A DNA stretch of 64,000 nt. It comes from Camelus dromedarius. Lineage: Eukaryota. How positions within the stretch are numbered: the stretch's first letter is position 1; each line of letters begins with the position of its first letter. The position numbers were made by a program, and so were the translations under genes. This document shows positions 40,090 to 54,300 of the stretch, one piece after another. The notes under the pieces are model-generated. The model had not been told where the DNA came from and did no database searches. It saw only the letters and a list, made by a program, of their open reading frames with translations. The stretch covers positions 1,302,001 to 1,366,000 of the forward strand of contig NC_087436.1 in the NCBI RefSeq assembly GCF_036321535.1. Reading direction: 5' to 3'.

Positions 40090-43000
40090 CTTTGTGTTCC
40101 CAACAAGCTAGGTGAAGGACGGCTTTCACACACACTTATCTCTCAGAACTGAGCAAGTGGAGATTCGTTCGTTCATCTAGCACCAAGGGAACGGGTTGCA
40201 GGAGACACTTTTTCTCTGCTTTCTCAGTCTGTTTCCTAGTGCCGGTTTGAAGTTCCTGCAGTTTTCACTGTAAAACCGAGTTGGAGCTAGTACCTCCCCA
40301 TATATATGTATGGAATGGAGTTTGCAACTGAAAAGAAACTTTGTGTTCCCAACAAGCTAGGTGAAGGACGGCTTTCACACACACTTATCTCTCAGAACTG
40401 AGCAAGTGGAGAGACGTTCGTTCATCTAGCACCAAGGGAACGGGTTGCAGGAGACACTTTTTCTCTGCTTTCTCATTCTGTTTCCTAGTGCCGGTTTGAA
40501 GTTCCTGCAGTTTTCACTGTAAAACCGAGTTGGAGCTAGTACCTCCCAATATATATGTATGGAATGGAGTTTGCAACTGAAAAGAAACTTTGTGTTCCCA
40601 ACAAGCTAGGTGAAGGACGGCTTTCACACACACTTATTTCTCAGAACTGAGCAAGTGGAGAGACGTTCGTTCATCTAGCACCAAGGGAACGGGTTGCAGG
40701 AGACACTTTTTCTCTGCTTTCTCAGTCTGTTTCCTAGTGCCGGTTTGAAGTTCCTGCAGTTTTCACTGTAAAACCGAGTTGGAGCTAGTACCTCCCCATA
40801 TATATGTATGGAATGGAGTTTGCAACTGAAAAGAAACTTTGTGTTCCCGACAAGCTAGGTGAAGGACGGCTTTCACACACACTTATCTCTCAGAACTGAG
40901 CAAGTGGAGAGACGTTCGTTCATCTAGCACCAAGGGAACGGGTTGCAGGAGACACTTTTTCTCTGCTTTCTCTGTCTGTTTCCTAGTGCCGGTTTGAGGT
41001 TCCTGCAGTTTTCACTGTAAAACCGAGTTGGAGCTAGTACCTCCCCATATATATGTATGGAATGGAGTTTGCAACTGAAAAGAAACTTTGTGTTCCCAAC
41101 AAGCTAGGTGAAGGACGGCTTTCACACACACTTATCTCTCAGAACTGAGCAAGTGGAGAGACGTTCGTTCATCTAGCACCAAGGGAACGGGTTGCAGGAG
41201 AAACTTTTTCTCTGCTTTCTCAGTCTGTTTCCTAGTGCCGGTTTGAAGTTCCTGCAGTTTTCACTGTAAAACCGAGTTGGAGCTAGTACCTCCCCATATA
41301 TATGTATGGAATGGGGTTTGCAACTGAAAAGAAACTTTGTGTTCCCAACAAGCTAGGTGAAGGACGGCTTTCACACACACTTAACTCTCAGAACTGAGCA
41401 AGTGGAGAGACGTTCGTTCATCTAGCACCAAGGGAACGGGTTGCAGGAGACACTTTTTCTCTGCTTTCTCAGTCTGTTTCCTAGTGCCGGTTTGAAGTTC
41501 CTGCAGTTTTCACTGTAAAACCGAGTTGGAGCTAGTACCTCCCCATATATATGTATGGAATGGAGTTTGCAACTGAAAAGAAACTTTGTGTTCCCAACAA
41601 GCTAGGTGAAGGACGGCTTTCACACACACTTATCTCTCAGAACTGAGGAAGTGGAGAGACGTTCTTTCATCTAGCACCAAGGGAACGGGTTGCAGGAGAC
41701 ACTTTTTCTCTGCTTTCTCAGTTTTTTTCCTAGTGCCGGTTTGAAGTTCCTGCAGTTTTCACTGTAAACCGAGTTGGAGCTTGTACCTCCCAATATATAT
41801 GTATGGAATGGAGTTTGCAACTGAAAAGAATCTTTGTGTTCCCAACAAGCTAGGTGAAGGACGGCTTTCACACACACTTATCTCTCAGAACTGAGCAAGT
41901 GGAGAGATTCGTTCGTTCATCTAGCACCAAGGGAACGGGTTGCAGGAGACACTTTTTCTCTGCTTTCTCAGTCTGTTTCCTAGTGCCGGTTTGAAGTTCC
42001 TGCAGTTTTCACTGTAAAACCGAGTTGGAGCTAGTACCTCCCCATATATATGTATGGAATGGAGTTTGCAACTGAAAAGAAACTTTGTGTTCCCAACAAG
42101 CTAGGTGAAGGACGGCTTTCACACACACTTATCTCTCAGAACTGAGCAAGTGGAGAGACGTTCGTTCATCTAGCACCAAGGGAACGGGTTGCAGGAGACA
42201 CTTTTTCTCTGCTTTCTCATTCTGTTTCCTAGTGCCGGTTTGAAGTTCCTGCAGTTTTCACTGTAAAACCGAGTTGGAGCTAGTACCTCCCAATATATAT
42301 GTATGGAATGGAGTTTGCAACTGAAAAGAAACTTTGTGTTCCCAACAAGCTAGGTGAAGGACGGCTTTCACACACACTTATTTCTCAGAACTGAGCAAGT
42401 GAGAGACGTTCGTTCATCTAGCACCAAGGGAACGGGTTGCAGGAGACACTTTTTCTCTGCTTTCTCAGTCTGTTTCCTAGTGCCGGTTTGAAGTTCCTGC
42501 AGTTTTCACTGTAAAACCGAGTTGGAGCTAGTACCTCCCCATATATATGTATGGAATGGAGTTTGCAACTGAAAAGAAACTTTGTGTTCCCGACAAGCTA
42601 GGTGAAGGACGGCTTTCACACACACTTATCTCTCAGAACTGAGCAAGTGGAGAGACGTTCGTTCATCTAGCACCAAGGGAACGGGTTGCAGGAGACACTT
42701 TTTCTCTGCTTTCTCTGTCTGTTTCCTAGTGCCGGTTTGAGGTTCCTGCAGTTTTCACTGTAAAACCGAGTTGGAGCTAGTACCTCCCCATATATATGTA
42801 TGGAATGGAGTTTGCAACTGAAAAGAAACTTTGTGTTCCCAACAAGCTAGGTGAAGGACGGCTTTCACACACACTTATCTCTCAGAACTGAGCAAGTGGA
42901 GAGACGTTCGTTCATCTAGCACCAAGGGAACGGGTTGCAGGAGAAACTTTTTCTCTGCTTTCTCAGTCTGTTTCCTAGTGCCGGTTTGAAGTTCCTGCAG

Positions 43001-45300
43001 TTTTCACCTGTAAAACCGAGTTGGAGCTAGTACCTCCCCATATATATGTATGGAATGGGGTTTGCAACTGAAAAGAAACTTTGTGTTCCCAACAAGCTAG
43101 GTGAAGGACGGCTTTCACACACACTTAACTCTCAGAACTGAGCAAGTGGAGAGACGTTCGTTCATCTAGCACCAAGGGAACGGGTTGCAGGAGACACTTT
43201 TTCTCTGCTTTCTCAGTCTGTTTCCTAGTGCCGGTTTGAAGTTCCTGCAGTTTTCACTGTAAAACCGAGTTGGAGCTAGTACCTCCCCATATATATGTAT
43301 GGAATGGAGTTTGCAACTGAAAAGAAACTTTGTGTTCCCAACAAGCTAGGTGAAGGACGGCTTTCACACACACTTATCTCTCAGAACTGAGGAAGTGGAG
43401 AGACGTTCTTTCATCTAGCACCAAGGGAACGGGTTGCAGGAGACACTTTTTCTCTGCTTTCTCAGTTTTTTTCCTAGTGCCGGTTTGAAGTTCCTGCAGT
43501 TTTCACTGTAAAACCGAGTTGGAGCTTGTACCTCCCAATATATATGTATGGAATGGAGTTTGCAACTGAAAAGAATCTTTGTGTTCCCAACAAGCTAGGT
43601 GAAGGACGGCTTTCACACACACTTATCTCTCAGAACTGAGCAAGTGGAGATTCGTTCGTTCATCTAGCACCAAGGGAACGGGTTGCAGGAGACACTTTTT
43701 CTCTGCTTTCTCAGTCTGTTTCCTAGTGCCGGTTTGAAGTTCCTGCAGTTTTCACTGTAAAACCGAGTTGGAGCTAGTACCTCCCCATATATATGTATGG
43801 AATGGAGTTTGCAACTGAAAAGAAACTTTGTGTTCCCAACAAGCTAGGTGAAGGACGGCTTTCACACACACTTATCTCTCAGAACTGAGCAAGTGGAGAG
43901 ACGTTCGTTCATCTAGCACCAAGGGAACGGGTTGCAGGAGACACTTTTTCTCTGCTTTCTCATTCTGTTTCCTAGTGCCGGTTTGAAGTTCCTGCAGTTT
44001 TCACTGTAAAACCGAGTTGGAGCTAGTACCTCCCAATATATATGTATGGAATGGAGTTTGCAACTGAAAAGAAACTTTGTGTTCCCAACAAGCTAGGTGA
44101 AGGACGGCTTTCACACACACTTATTTCTCAGAACTGAGCAAGTGGAGAGACGTTCGTTCATCTAGCACCAAGGGAACGGGTTGCAGGAGACACTTTTTCT
44201 CTGCTTTCTCAGTCTGTTTCCTAGTGCCGGTTTGAAGTTCCTGCAGTTTTCACTGTAAAACCGAGTTGGAGCTAGTACCTCCCCATATATATGTATGGAA
44301 TGGAGTTTGCAACTGAAAAGAAACTTTGTGTTCCCGACAAGCTAGGTGAAGGACGGCTTTCACACACACTTATCTCTCAGAACTGAGCAAGTGGAGAGAC
44401 GTTCGTTCATCTAGCACCAAGGGAACGGGTTGCAGGAGACACTTTTTCTCTGCTTTCTCTGTCTGTTTCCTAGTGCCGGTTTGAGGTTCCTGCAGTTTTC
44501 ACTGTAAAACCGAGTTGGAGCTAGTACCTCCCCATATATATGTATGGAATGGAGTTTGCAACTGAAAAGAAACTTTGTGTTCCCAACAAGCTAGGTGAAG
44601 GACGGCTTTCACACACACTTATCTCTCAGAACTGAGCAAGTGGAGAGACGTTCGTTCATCTAGCACCAAGGGAACGGGTTGCAGGAGACACTTTTTCTCT
44701 GCTTTCTCAGTCTGTTTCCTAGTGCCGGTTTGAAGTTCCTGCAGTTTTCACTGTAAAACCGAGTTGGAGCTAGTACCTCCCCATATATATGTATGGAATG
44801 GGGTTTGCAACTGAAAAGAAACTTTGTGTTCCCAACAAGCTAGGTGAAGGACGGCTTTCACACACACTTAACTCTCAGAACTGAGCAAGTGGAGAGACGT
44901 TCGTTCATCTAGCACCAAGGGAACGGGTTGCAGGAGACACTTTTTCTCTGCTTTCTCAGTCTGTTTCCTAGTGCCGGTTTGAAGTTCCTGCAGTTTTCAC
45001 TGTAAAACCGAGTTGGAGCTAGTACCTCCCCATATATATGTATGGAATGGAGTTTGCAACTGAAAAGAAACTTTGTGTTCCCAACAAGCTAGGTGAAGGA
45101 CGGCTTTCACACACACTTATCTCTCAGAACTGAGGAAGTGGAGAGACGTTCTTTCATCTAGCACCAAGGGAACGGGTTGCAGGAGACACTTTTTCTCTGC
45201 TTTCTCAGTTTTTTTCCTAGTGCCGGTTTGAAGTTCCTGCAGTTTTCACTGTAAAACCGAGTTGGAGCTTGTACCTCCCAATATATATGTATGGAATGGA
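40090..45300. repeat. 7-monomer higher-order unit (period 1743-1744 bp), 2-3 copies, a deletion derivative of the 12-mer
   Basis: CCCGAC G at 40849, 42592 and 44336; GAGAAACTTT at about 41201 and 42944. Confidence 0.75.
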
Positions 45301-48300
45301 GTTTGCAACTGAAAAGAATCTTTGTGTTCCCAACAAGCTAGGTGAAGGACGGCTTTCACACACACTTATCTCTCAGAACTGAGCAAGTGGAGAGACGTTC
45401 GTTCATCTAGCACCAAGGGAACGGGTTGCAGGAGACACTTTTTCTCTGCTTTCTCAGTCTGTTTCCTAGTGCCGGTTTGAAGTTCCTGCAGTTTTCACTG
45501 TAAATCCGAGTTGGAGCTAGTACCTCCCCATATATATGTATGGAATGGATTTTGCAACTGAAAAGAAACTTTGTGTTCCCAACAAGCTAGGTGAAGGACG
45601 GCTTTCACACACACTTATCTCTCAGAACTGAGCAAGTGGAGAGACGTTCGTTCATCTAGCACCAAGGGAACGGGTTGCAGGAGACACTTTTTCTCTGCTT
45701 TCTCAGTCTGTTTCCTAGTGCCGGTTTGAAGTTCCTGCAGTTTTCACTGTAAAACCGAGTTGGAGCTAGTACCTCCCTTTATATATGTATGGAAAGGAGT
45801 TTGCAACTGAAAAGAAACTTTGTGTTCCCAACAAGCTAGGTGAAGGACGGCTTTCACACACACTTATCTCTCAGAACTGAGCAAGTGGAGAGACGTTCGT
45901 TCATCTAGCACCAAGGGAACGGGTTGCAGGAGACACTTTTTCTCTGCTTTCTCAGTCTGTTTCCTAGTGCCGGGTTGAAGTTCCTGCAGTTTTCACTGTA
46001 AAACCGAGTTGGAGCTAGTACCTCCCCATATATATGTATGGAATGGAGTTTGCAACTGAAAAGAAACTTTGTGTTCCCAACAAGCTAGGTGAAGGACGGC
46101 TTTCACACACACTTATCTCTCAGAACTGAGCAAGTGGAGATTCGTTCGTTCATCTAGCACCAAGGGAACGGGTTGCAGGAGACACTTTTTCTCTGCTTTC
46201 TCAGTCTGTTTCCTAGTGCCGGTTTGAAGTTCCTGCAGTTTTCACTGTAAAACCGAGTTGGAGCTAGTACCTCCCCATATATATGTATGGAATGGAGTTT
46301 GCAACTGAAAAGAAACTTTGTGTTCCCAACAAGCTAGGTGAAGGACGGCTTTCACACACACTTATCTCTCAGAACTGAGCAAGTGGAGAGACGTTCGTTC
46401 ATCTAGCACCAAGGGAACGGGTTGCAGGAGACACTTTTTCTCTGCTTTCTCATTCTGTTTCCTAGTGCCGGTTTGAAGTTCCTGCAGTTTTCACTGTAAA
46501 ACCGAGTTGGAGCTAGTACCTCCCAATATATATGTATGGAATGGAGTTTGCAACTGAAAAGAAACTTTGTGTTCCCAACAAGCTAGGTGAAGGACGGCTT
46601 TCACACACACTTATTTCTCAGAACTGAGCAAGTGGAGAGACGTTCGTTCATCTAGCACCAAGGGAACGGGTTGCAGGAGACACTTTTTCTCTGCTTTCTC
46701 AGTCTGTTTCCTAGTGCCGGTTTGAAGTTCCTGCAGTTTTCACTGTAAAACCGAGTTGGAGCTAGTACCTCCCCATATATATGTATGGAATGGAGTTTGC
46801 AACTGAAAAGAAACTTTGTGTTCCCGACAAGCTAGGTGAAGGACGGCTTTCACACACACTTATCTCTCAGAACTGAGCAAGTGGAGAGACGTTCGTTCAT
46901 CTAGCACCAAGGGAACGGGTTGCAGGAGACACTTTTTCTCTGCTTTCTCTGTCTGTTTCCTAGTGCCGGTTTGAGGTTCCTGCAGTTTTCACTGTAAAAC
47001 CGAGTTGGAGCTAGTACCTCCCCATATATATGTATGGAATGGAGTTTGCAACTGAAAAGAAACTTTGTGTTCCCAACAAGCTAGGTGAAGGACGGCTTTC
47101 ACACACACTTATCTCTCAGAACTGAGCAAGTGGAGAGACGTTCGTTCATCTAGCACCAAGGGAACGGGTTGCAGGAGACACTTTTTCTCTGCTTTCTCAG
47201 TCTGTTTCCTAGTGCCGGTTTGAAGTTCCTGCAGTTTTCACTGTAAAACCGAGTTGGAGCTAGTACCTCCCCATATATATGTATGGAATGGGGTTTGCAA
47301 CTGAAAAGAAACTTTGTGTTCCCAACAAGCTAGGTGAAGGACGGCTTTCACACACACTTAACTCTCAGAACTGAGCAAGTGGAGAGACGTTCGTTCATCT
47401 AGCACCAAGGGAACGGGTTGCAGGAGACACTTTTTCTCTGCTTTCTCAGTCTGTTTCCTAGTGCCGGTTTGAAGTTCCTGCAGTTTTCACTGTAAAACCG
47501 AGTTGGAGCTAGTACCTCCCCATATATATGTATGGAATGGAGTTTGCAACTGAAAAGAAACTTTGTGTTCCCAACAAGCTAGGTGAAGGACGGCTTTCAC
47601 ACACACTTATCTCTCAGAACTGAGGAAGTGGAGAGACGTTCTTTCATCTAGCACCAAGGGAACGGGTTGCAGGAGACACTTTTTCTCTGCTTTCTCAGTT
47701 TTTTTCCTAGTGCCGGTTTGAAGTTCCTGCAGTTTTCACTGTAAAACCGAGTTGGAGCTTGTACCTCCCAATATATATGTATGGAATGGAGTTTGCAACT
47801 GAAAAGAATCTTTGTGTTCCCAACAAGCTAGGTGAAGGACGGCTTTCACACACACTTATCTCTCAGAACTGAGCAAGTGGAGAGACGTTCGTTCATCTAG
47901 CACCAAGGGAACGGGTTGCAGGAGACACTTTTTCTCTGCTTTCTCAGTCTGTTTCCTAGTGCCGGTTTGAAGTTCCTGCAGTTTTCACTGTAAATCCGAG
48001 TTGGAGCTAGTACCTCCCCATATATATGTATGGAATGGATTTTGCAACTGAAAAGAAACTTTGTGTTCCCAACAAGCTAGGTGAAGGACGGCTTTCACAC
48101 ACACTTATCTCTCAGAACTGAGCAAGTGGAGAGACGTTCGTTCATCTAGCACCAAGGGAACGGGTTGCAGGAGACACTTTTTCTCTGCTTTCTCAGTCTG
48201 GTTCCTAGTGCCGGTTTGAAGTTCCTGCAGTTTTCACTGTAAAACCGAGTTGGAGCTAGTACCTCCCAATATATATGTATGGAATGGGGTTTGCAACTGA

Positions 48301-51300
48301 AAAGAAACTTTGTGTTCCCAACAAGCTAGGTGAAGGACGGCTTTCACACACACTTATCTCTCAGAACTGAGCAAGTGGAGATTCGTTCGTTCATCTAGCA
48401 CCAAGGGAACGGGTTGCAGGAGACACTTTTTCTCTGCTTTCTCAGTCTGTTTCCTAGTGCCGGTTTGAAGTTCCTGCAGTTTTCACTGTAAAACCGAGTT
48501 GGAGCTAGTACCTCCCCATATATATGTATGGAATGGAGTTTGCAACTGAAAAGAAACTTTGTGTTCCCAACAAGCTAGGTGAAAGACGGCTTTCACACAC
48601 ACTTATCTCTCAGAACTGAGCAAGTGGAGAGACGTTCGTTCATCTAGCACCAAGGGAACGGGTTGCAGGAGACACTTTTTCTCTGCTTTCTCAGTCTGTT
48701 TCCTAGTGCCGGTTTGAAGTTCCTGCAGTTTTCACTGTAAAACCGAGTTGGAGCTAGTACCTCCCAATATATATGTATGGAATGGAGTTTGCAACTGAAA
48801 AGAAACTTTGTGTTCCCAACAAGCTAGGTGAAGGACGGCTTTCACACACACTTATTTCTCAGAACTGAGCAAGTGGAGAGACGTTCGTTCATCTAGCACC
48901 AAGGGAACGGGTTGCAGGAGACACTTTTTCTCTGCTTTCTCAGTCTGTTTCCTAGTGCCGGGTTGAAGTTCCTGCAGTTTTCACTGTAAAACCGAGTTGG
49001 AGCTAGTACCTCCCCATATATATGTATGGAATGGAGTTTGCAACTGAAAAGAAACTTTGTGTTCCCAACAAGCTAGGTGAAGGACGGCTTTCACACACAC
49101 TTATCTCTCAGAACTGAGCAAGTGGAGATTCGTTCGTTCATCTAGCACCAAGGGAACGGGTTGCAGGAGACACTTTTTCTCTGCTTTCTCAGTCTGTTTC
49201 CTAGTGCCGGTTTGAAGTTCCTGCAGTTTTCACTGTAAAACCGAGTTGGAGCTAGTACCTCCCCATATATATGTATGGAATGGAGTTTGCAACTGAAAAG
49301 AAACTTTGTGTTCCCAACAAGCTAGGTGAAGGACGGCTTTCACACACACTTATCTCTCAGAACTGAGCAAGTGGAGAGACGTTCGTTCATCTAGCACCAA
49401 GGGAACGGGTTGCAGGAGACACTTTTTCTCTGCTTTCTCATTCTGTTTCCTAGTGCCGGTTTGAAGTTCCTGCAGTTTTCACTGTAAAACCGAGTTGGAG
49501 CTAGTACCTCCCAATATATATGTATGGAATGGAGTTTGCAACTGAAAAGAAACTTTGTGTTCCCAACAAGCTAGGTGAAGGACGGCTTTCACACACACTT
49601 ATTTCTCAGAACTGAGCAAGTGGAGAGACGTTCGTTCATCTAGCACCAAGGGAACGGGTTGCAGGAGACACTTTTTCTCTGCTTTCTCAGTCTGTTTCCT
49701 AGTGCCGGTTTGAAGTTCCTGCAGTTTTCACTGTAAAACCGAGTTGGAGCTAGTACCTCCCCATATATATGTATGGAATGGAGTTTGCAACTGAAAAGAA
49801 ACTTTGTGTTCCCGACAAGCTAGGTGAAGGACGGCTTTCACACACACTTATCTCTCAGAACTGAGCAAGTGGAGAGACGTTCGTTCATCTAGCACCAAGG
49901 GAACGGGTTGCAGGAGACACTTTTTCTCTGCTTTCTCTGTCTGTTTCCTAGTGCCGGTTTGAGGTTCCTGCAGTTTTCACTGTAAAACCGAGTTGGAGCT
50001 AGTACCTCCCCATATATATGTATGGAATGGAGTTTGCAACTGAAAAGAAACTTTGTGTTCCCAACAAGCTAGGTGAAGGACGGCTTTCACACACACTTAT
50101 CTCTCAGAACTGAGCAAGTGGAGAGACGTTCGTTCATCTAGCACCAAGGGAACGGGTTGCAGGAGACACTTTTTCTCTGCTTTCTCAGTCTGTTTCCTAG
50201 TGCCGGTTTGAAGTTCCTGCAGTTTTCACTGTAAAACCGAGTTGGAGCTAGTACCTCCCCATATATATGTATGGAATGGGGTTTGCAACTGAAAAGAAAC
50301 TTTGTGTTCCCAACAAGCTAGGTGAAGGACGGCTTTCACACACACTTAACTCTCAGAACTGAGCAAGTGGAGAGACGTTCGTTCATCTAGCACCAAGGGA
50401 ACGGGTTGCAGGAGACACTTTTTCTCTGCTTTCTCAGTCTGTTTCCTAGTGCCGGTTTGAAGTTCCTGCAGTTTTCACTGTAAAACCGAGTTGGAGCTAG
50501 TACCTCCCCATATATATGTATGGAATGGAGTTTGCAACTGAAAAGAAACTTTGTGTTCCCAACAAGCTAGGTGAAGGACGGCTTTCACACACACTTATCT
50601 CTCAGAACTGAGGAAGTGGAGAGACGTTCTTTCATCTAGCACCAAGGGAACGGGTTGCAGGAGACACTTTTTCTCTGCTTTCTCAGTTTTTTTCCTAGTG
50701 CCGGTTTGAAGTTCCTGCAGTTTTCACTGTAAAACCGAGTTGGAGCTTGTACCTCCCAATATATATGTATGGAATGGAGTTTGCAACTGAAAAGAATCTT
50801 TGTGTTCCCAACAAGCTAGGTGAAGGACGGCTTTCACACACACTTATCTCTCAGAACTGAGCAAGTGGAGAGACGTTCGTTCATCTAGCACCAAGGGAAC
50901 GGGTTGCAGGAGACACTTTTTCTCTGCTTTCTCAGTCTGTTTCCTAGTGCCGGTTTGAAGTTCCTGCAGTTTTCACTGTAAATCCGAGTTGGAGCTAGTA
51001 CCTCCCCATATATATGTATGGAATGGATTTTGCAACTGAAAAGAAACTTTGTGTTCCCAACAAGCTAGGTGAAGGACGGCTTTCACACACACTTATCTCT
51101 CAGAACTGAGCAAGTGGAGAGACGTTCGTTCATCTAGCACCAAGGGAACGGGTTGCAGGAGACACTTTTTCTCTGCTTTCTCAGTCTGTTTCCTAGTGCC
51201 GGTTTGAAGTTCCTGCAGTTTTCACTGTAAAACCGAGTTGGAGCTAGTACCTCCCTTTATATATGTATGGAAAGGAGTTTGCAACTGAAAAGAAACTTTG

Positions 51301-54300
51301 TGTTCCCAACAAGCTAGGTGAAGGACGGCTTTCACACACACTTATCTCTCAGAACTGAGCAAGTGGAGAGACGTTCGTTCATCTAGCACCAAGGGAACGG
51401 GTTGCAGGAGACACTTTTTCTCTGCTTTCTCAGTCTGTTTCCTAGTGCCGGGTTGAAGTTCCTGCAGTTTTCACTGTAAAACCGAGTTGGAGCTAGTACC
51501 TCCCCATATATATGTATGGAATGGAGTTTGCAACTGAAAAGAAACTTTGTGTTCCCAACAAGCTAGGTGAAGGACGGCTTTCACACACACTTATCTCTCA
51601 GAACTGAGCAAGTGGAGATTCGTTCGTTCATCTAGCACCAAGGGAACGGGTTGCAGGAGACACTTTTTCTCTGCTTTCTCAGTCTGTTTCCTAGTGCCGG
51701 TTTGAAGTTCCTGCAGTTTTCACTGTAAAACCGAGTTGGAGCTAGTACCTCCCCATATATATGTATGGAATGGAGTTTGCAACTGAAAAGAAACTTTGTG
51801 TTCCCAACAAGCTAGGTGAAGGACGGCTTTCACACACACTTATCTCTCAGAACTGAGCAAGTGGAGAGACGTTCGTTCATCTAGCACCAAGGGAACGGGT
51901 TGCAGGAGACACTTTTTCTCTGCTTTCTCATTCTGTTTCCTAGTGCCGGTTTGAAGTTCCTGCAGTTTTCACTGTAAAACCGAGTTGGAGCTAGTACCTC
52001 CCAATATATATGTATGGAATGGAGTTTGCAACTGAAAAGAAACTTTGTGTTCCCAACAAGCTAGGTGAAGGACGGCTTTCACACACACTTATTTCTCAGA
52101 ACTGAGCAAGTGGAGAGACGTTCGTTCATCTAGCACCAAGGGAACGGGTTGCAGGAGACACTTTTTCTCTGCTTTCTCAGTCTGTTTCCTAGTGCCGGTT
52201 TGAAGTTCCTGCAGTTTTCACTGTAAAACCGAGTTGGAGCTAGTACCTCCCCATATATATGTATGGAATGGAGTTTGCAACTGAAAAGAAACTTTGTGTT
52301 CCCGACAAGCTAGGTGAAGGACGGCTTTCACACACACTTATCTCTCAGAACTGAGCAAGTGGAGAGACGTTCGTTCATCTAGCACCAAGGGAACGGGTTG
52401 CAGGAGACACTTTTTCTCTGCTTTCTCTGTCTGTTTCCTAGTGCCGGTTTGAGGTTCCTGCAGTTTTCACTGTAAAACCGAGTTGGAGCTAGTACCTCCC
52501 CATATATATGTATGGAATGGAGTTTGCAACTGAAAAGAAACTTTGTGTTCCCAACAAGCTAGGTGAAGGACGGCTTTCACACACACTTATCTCTCAGAAC
52601 TGAGCAAGTGGAGAGACGTTCGTTCATCTAGCACCAAGGGAACGGGTTGCAGGAGACACTTTTTCTCTGCTTTCTCAGTCTGTTTCCTAGTGCCGGTTTG
52701 AAGTTCCTGCAGTTTTCACTGTAAAACCGAGTTGGAGCTAGTACCTCCCCATATATATGTATGGAATGGGGTTTGCAACTGAAAAGAAACTTTGTGTTCC
52801 CAACAAGCTAGGTGAAGGACGGCTTTCACACACACTTAACTCTCAGAACTGAGCAAGTGGAGAGACGTTCGTTCATCTAGCACCAAGGGAACGGGTTGCA
52901 GGAGACACTTTTTCTCTGCTTTCTCAGTCTGTTTCCTAGTGCCGGTTTGAAGTTCCTGCAGTTTTCACTGTAAAACCGAGTTGGAGCTAGTACCTCCCCA
53001 TATATATGTATGGAATGGAGTTTGCAACTGAAAAGAAACTTTGTGTTCCCAACAAGCTAGGTGAAGGACGGCTTTCACACACACTTATCTCTCAGAACTG
53101 AGGAAGTGGAGAGACGTTCTTTCATCTAGCACCAAGGGAACGGGTTGCAGGAGACACTTTTTCTCTGCTTTCTCAGTTTTTTTCCTAGTGCCGGTTTGAA
53201 GTTCCTGCAGTTTTCACTGTAAAACCGAGTTGGAGCTTGTACCTCCCAATATATATGTATGGAATGGAGTTTGCAACTGAAAAGAATCTTTGTGTTCCCA
53301 ACAAGCTAGGTGAAGGACGGCTTTCACACACACTTATCTCTCAGAACTGAGCAAGTGGAGAGACGTTCGTTCATCTAGCACCAAGGGAACGGGTTGCAGG
53401 AGACACTTTTTCTCTGCTTTCTCAGTCTGTTTCCTAGTGCCGGTTTGAAGTTCCTGCAGTTTTCACTGTAAATCCGAGTTGGAGCTAGTACCTCCCCATA
53501 TATATGTATGGAATGGATTTTGCAACTGAAAAGAAACTTTGTGTTCCCAACAAGCTAGGTGAAGGACGGCTTTCACACACACTTATCTCTCAGAACTGAG
53601 CAAGTGGAGAGACGTTCGTTCATCTAGCACCAAGGGAACGGGTTGCAGGAGACACTTTTTCTCTGCTTTCTCAGTCTGGTTCCTAGTGCCGGTTTGAAGT
53701 TCCTGCAGTTTTCACTGTAAAACCGAGTTGGAGCTAGTACCTCCCAATATATATGTATGGAATGGGGTTTGCAACTGAAAAGAAACTTTGTGTTCCCAAC
53801 AAGCTAGGTGAAGGACGGCTTTCACACACACTTATCTCTCAGAACTGAGCAAGTGGAGATTCGTTCGTTCATCTAGCACCAAGGGAACGGGTTGCAGGAG
53901 ACACTTTTTCTCTGCTTTCTCAGTCTGTTTCCTAGTGCCGGTTTGAAGTTCCTGCAGTTTTCACTGTAAAACCGAGTTGGAGCTAGTACCTCCCCATATA
54001 TATGTATGGAATGGAGTTTGCAACTGAAAAGAAACTTTGTGTTCCCAACAAGCTAGGTGAAAGACGGCTTTCACACACACTTATCTCTCAGAACTGAGCA
54101 AGTGGAGAGACGTTCGTTCATCTAGCACCAAGGGAACGGGTTGCAGGAGACACCTTTTCTCTGCTTTCTCAGTCTGTTTCCTAGTGCCGGTTTGAAGTTC
54201 CTGCAGTTTTCACTGTAAAACCGAGTTGGAGCTAGTACCTCCCAATATATATGTATGGAATGGAGTTTGCAACTGAAAAGAAACTTTGTGTTCCCAACAA

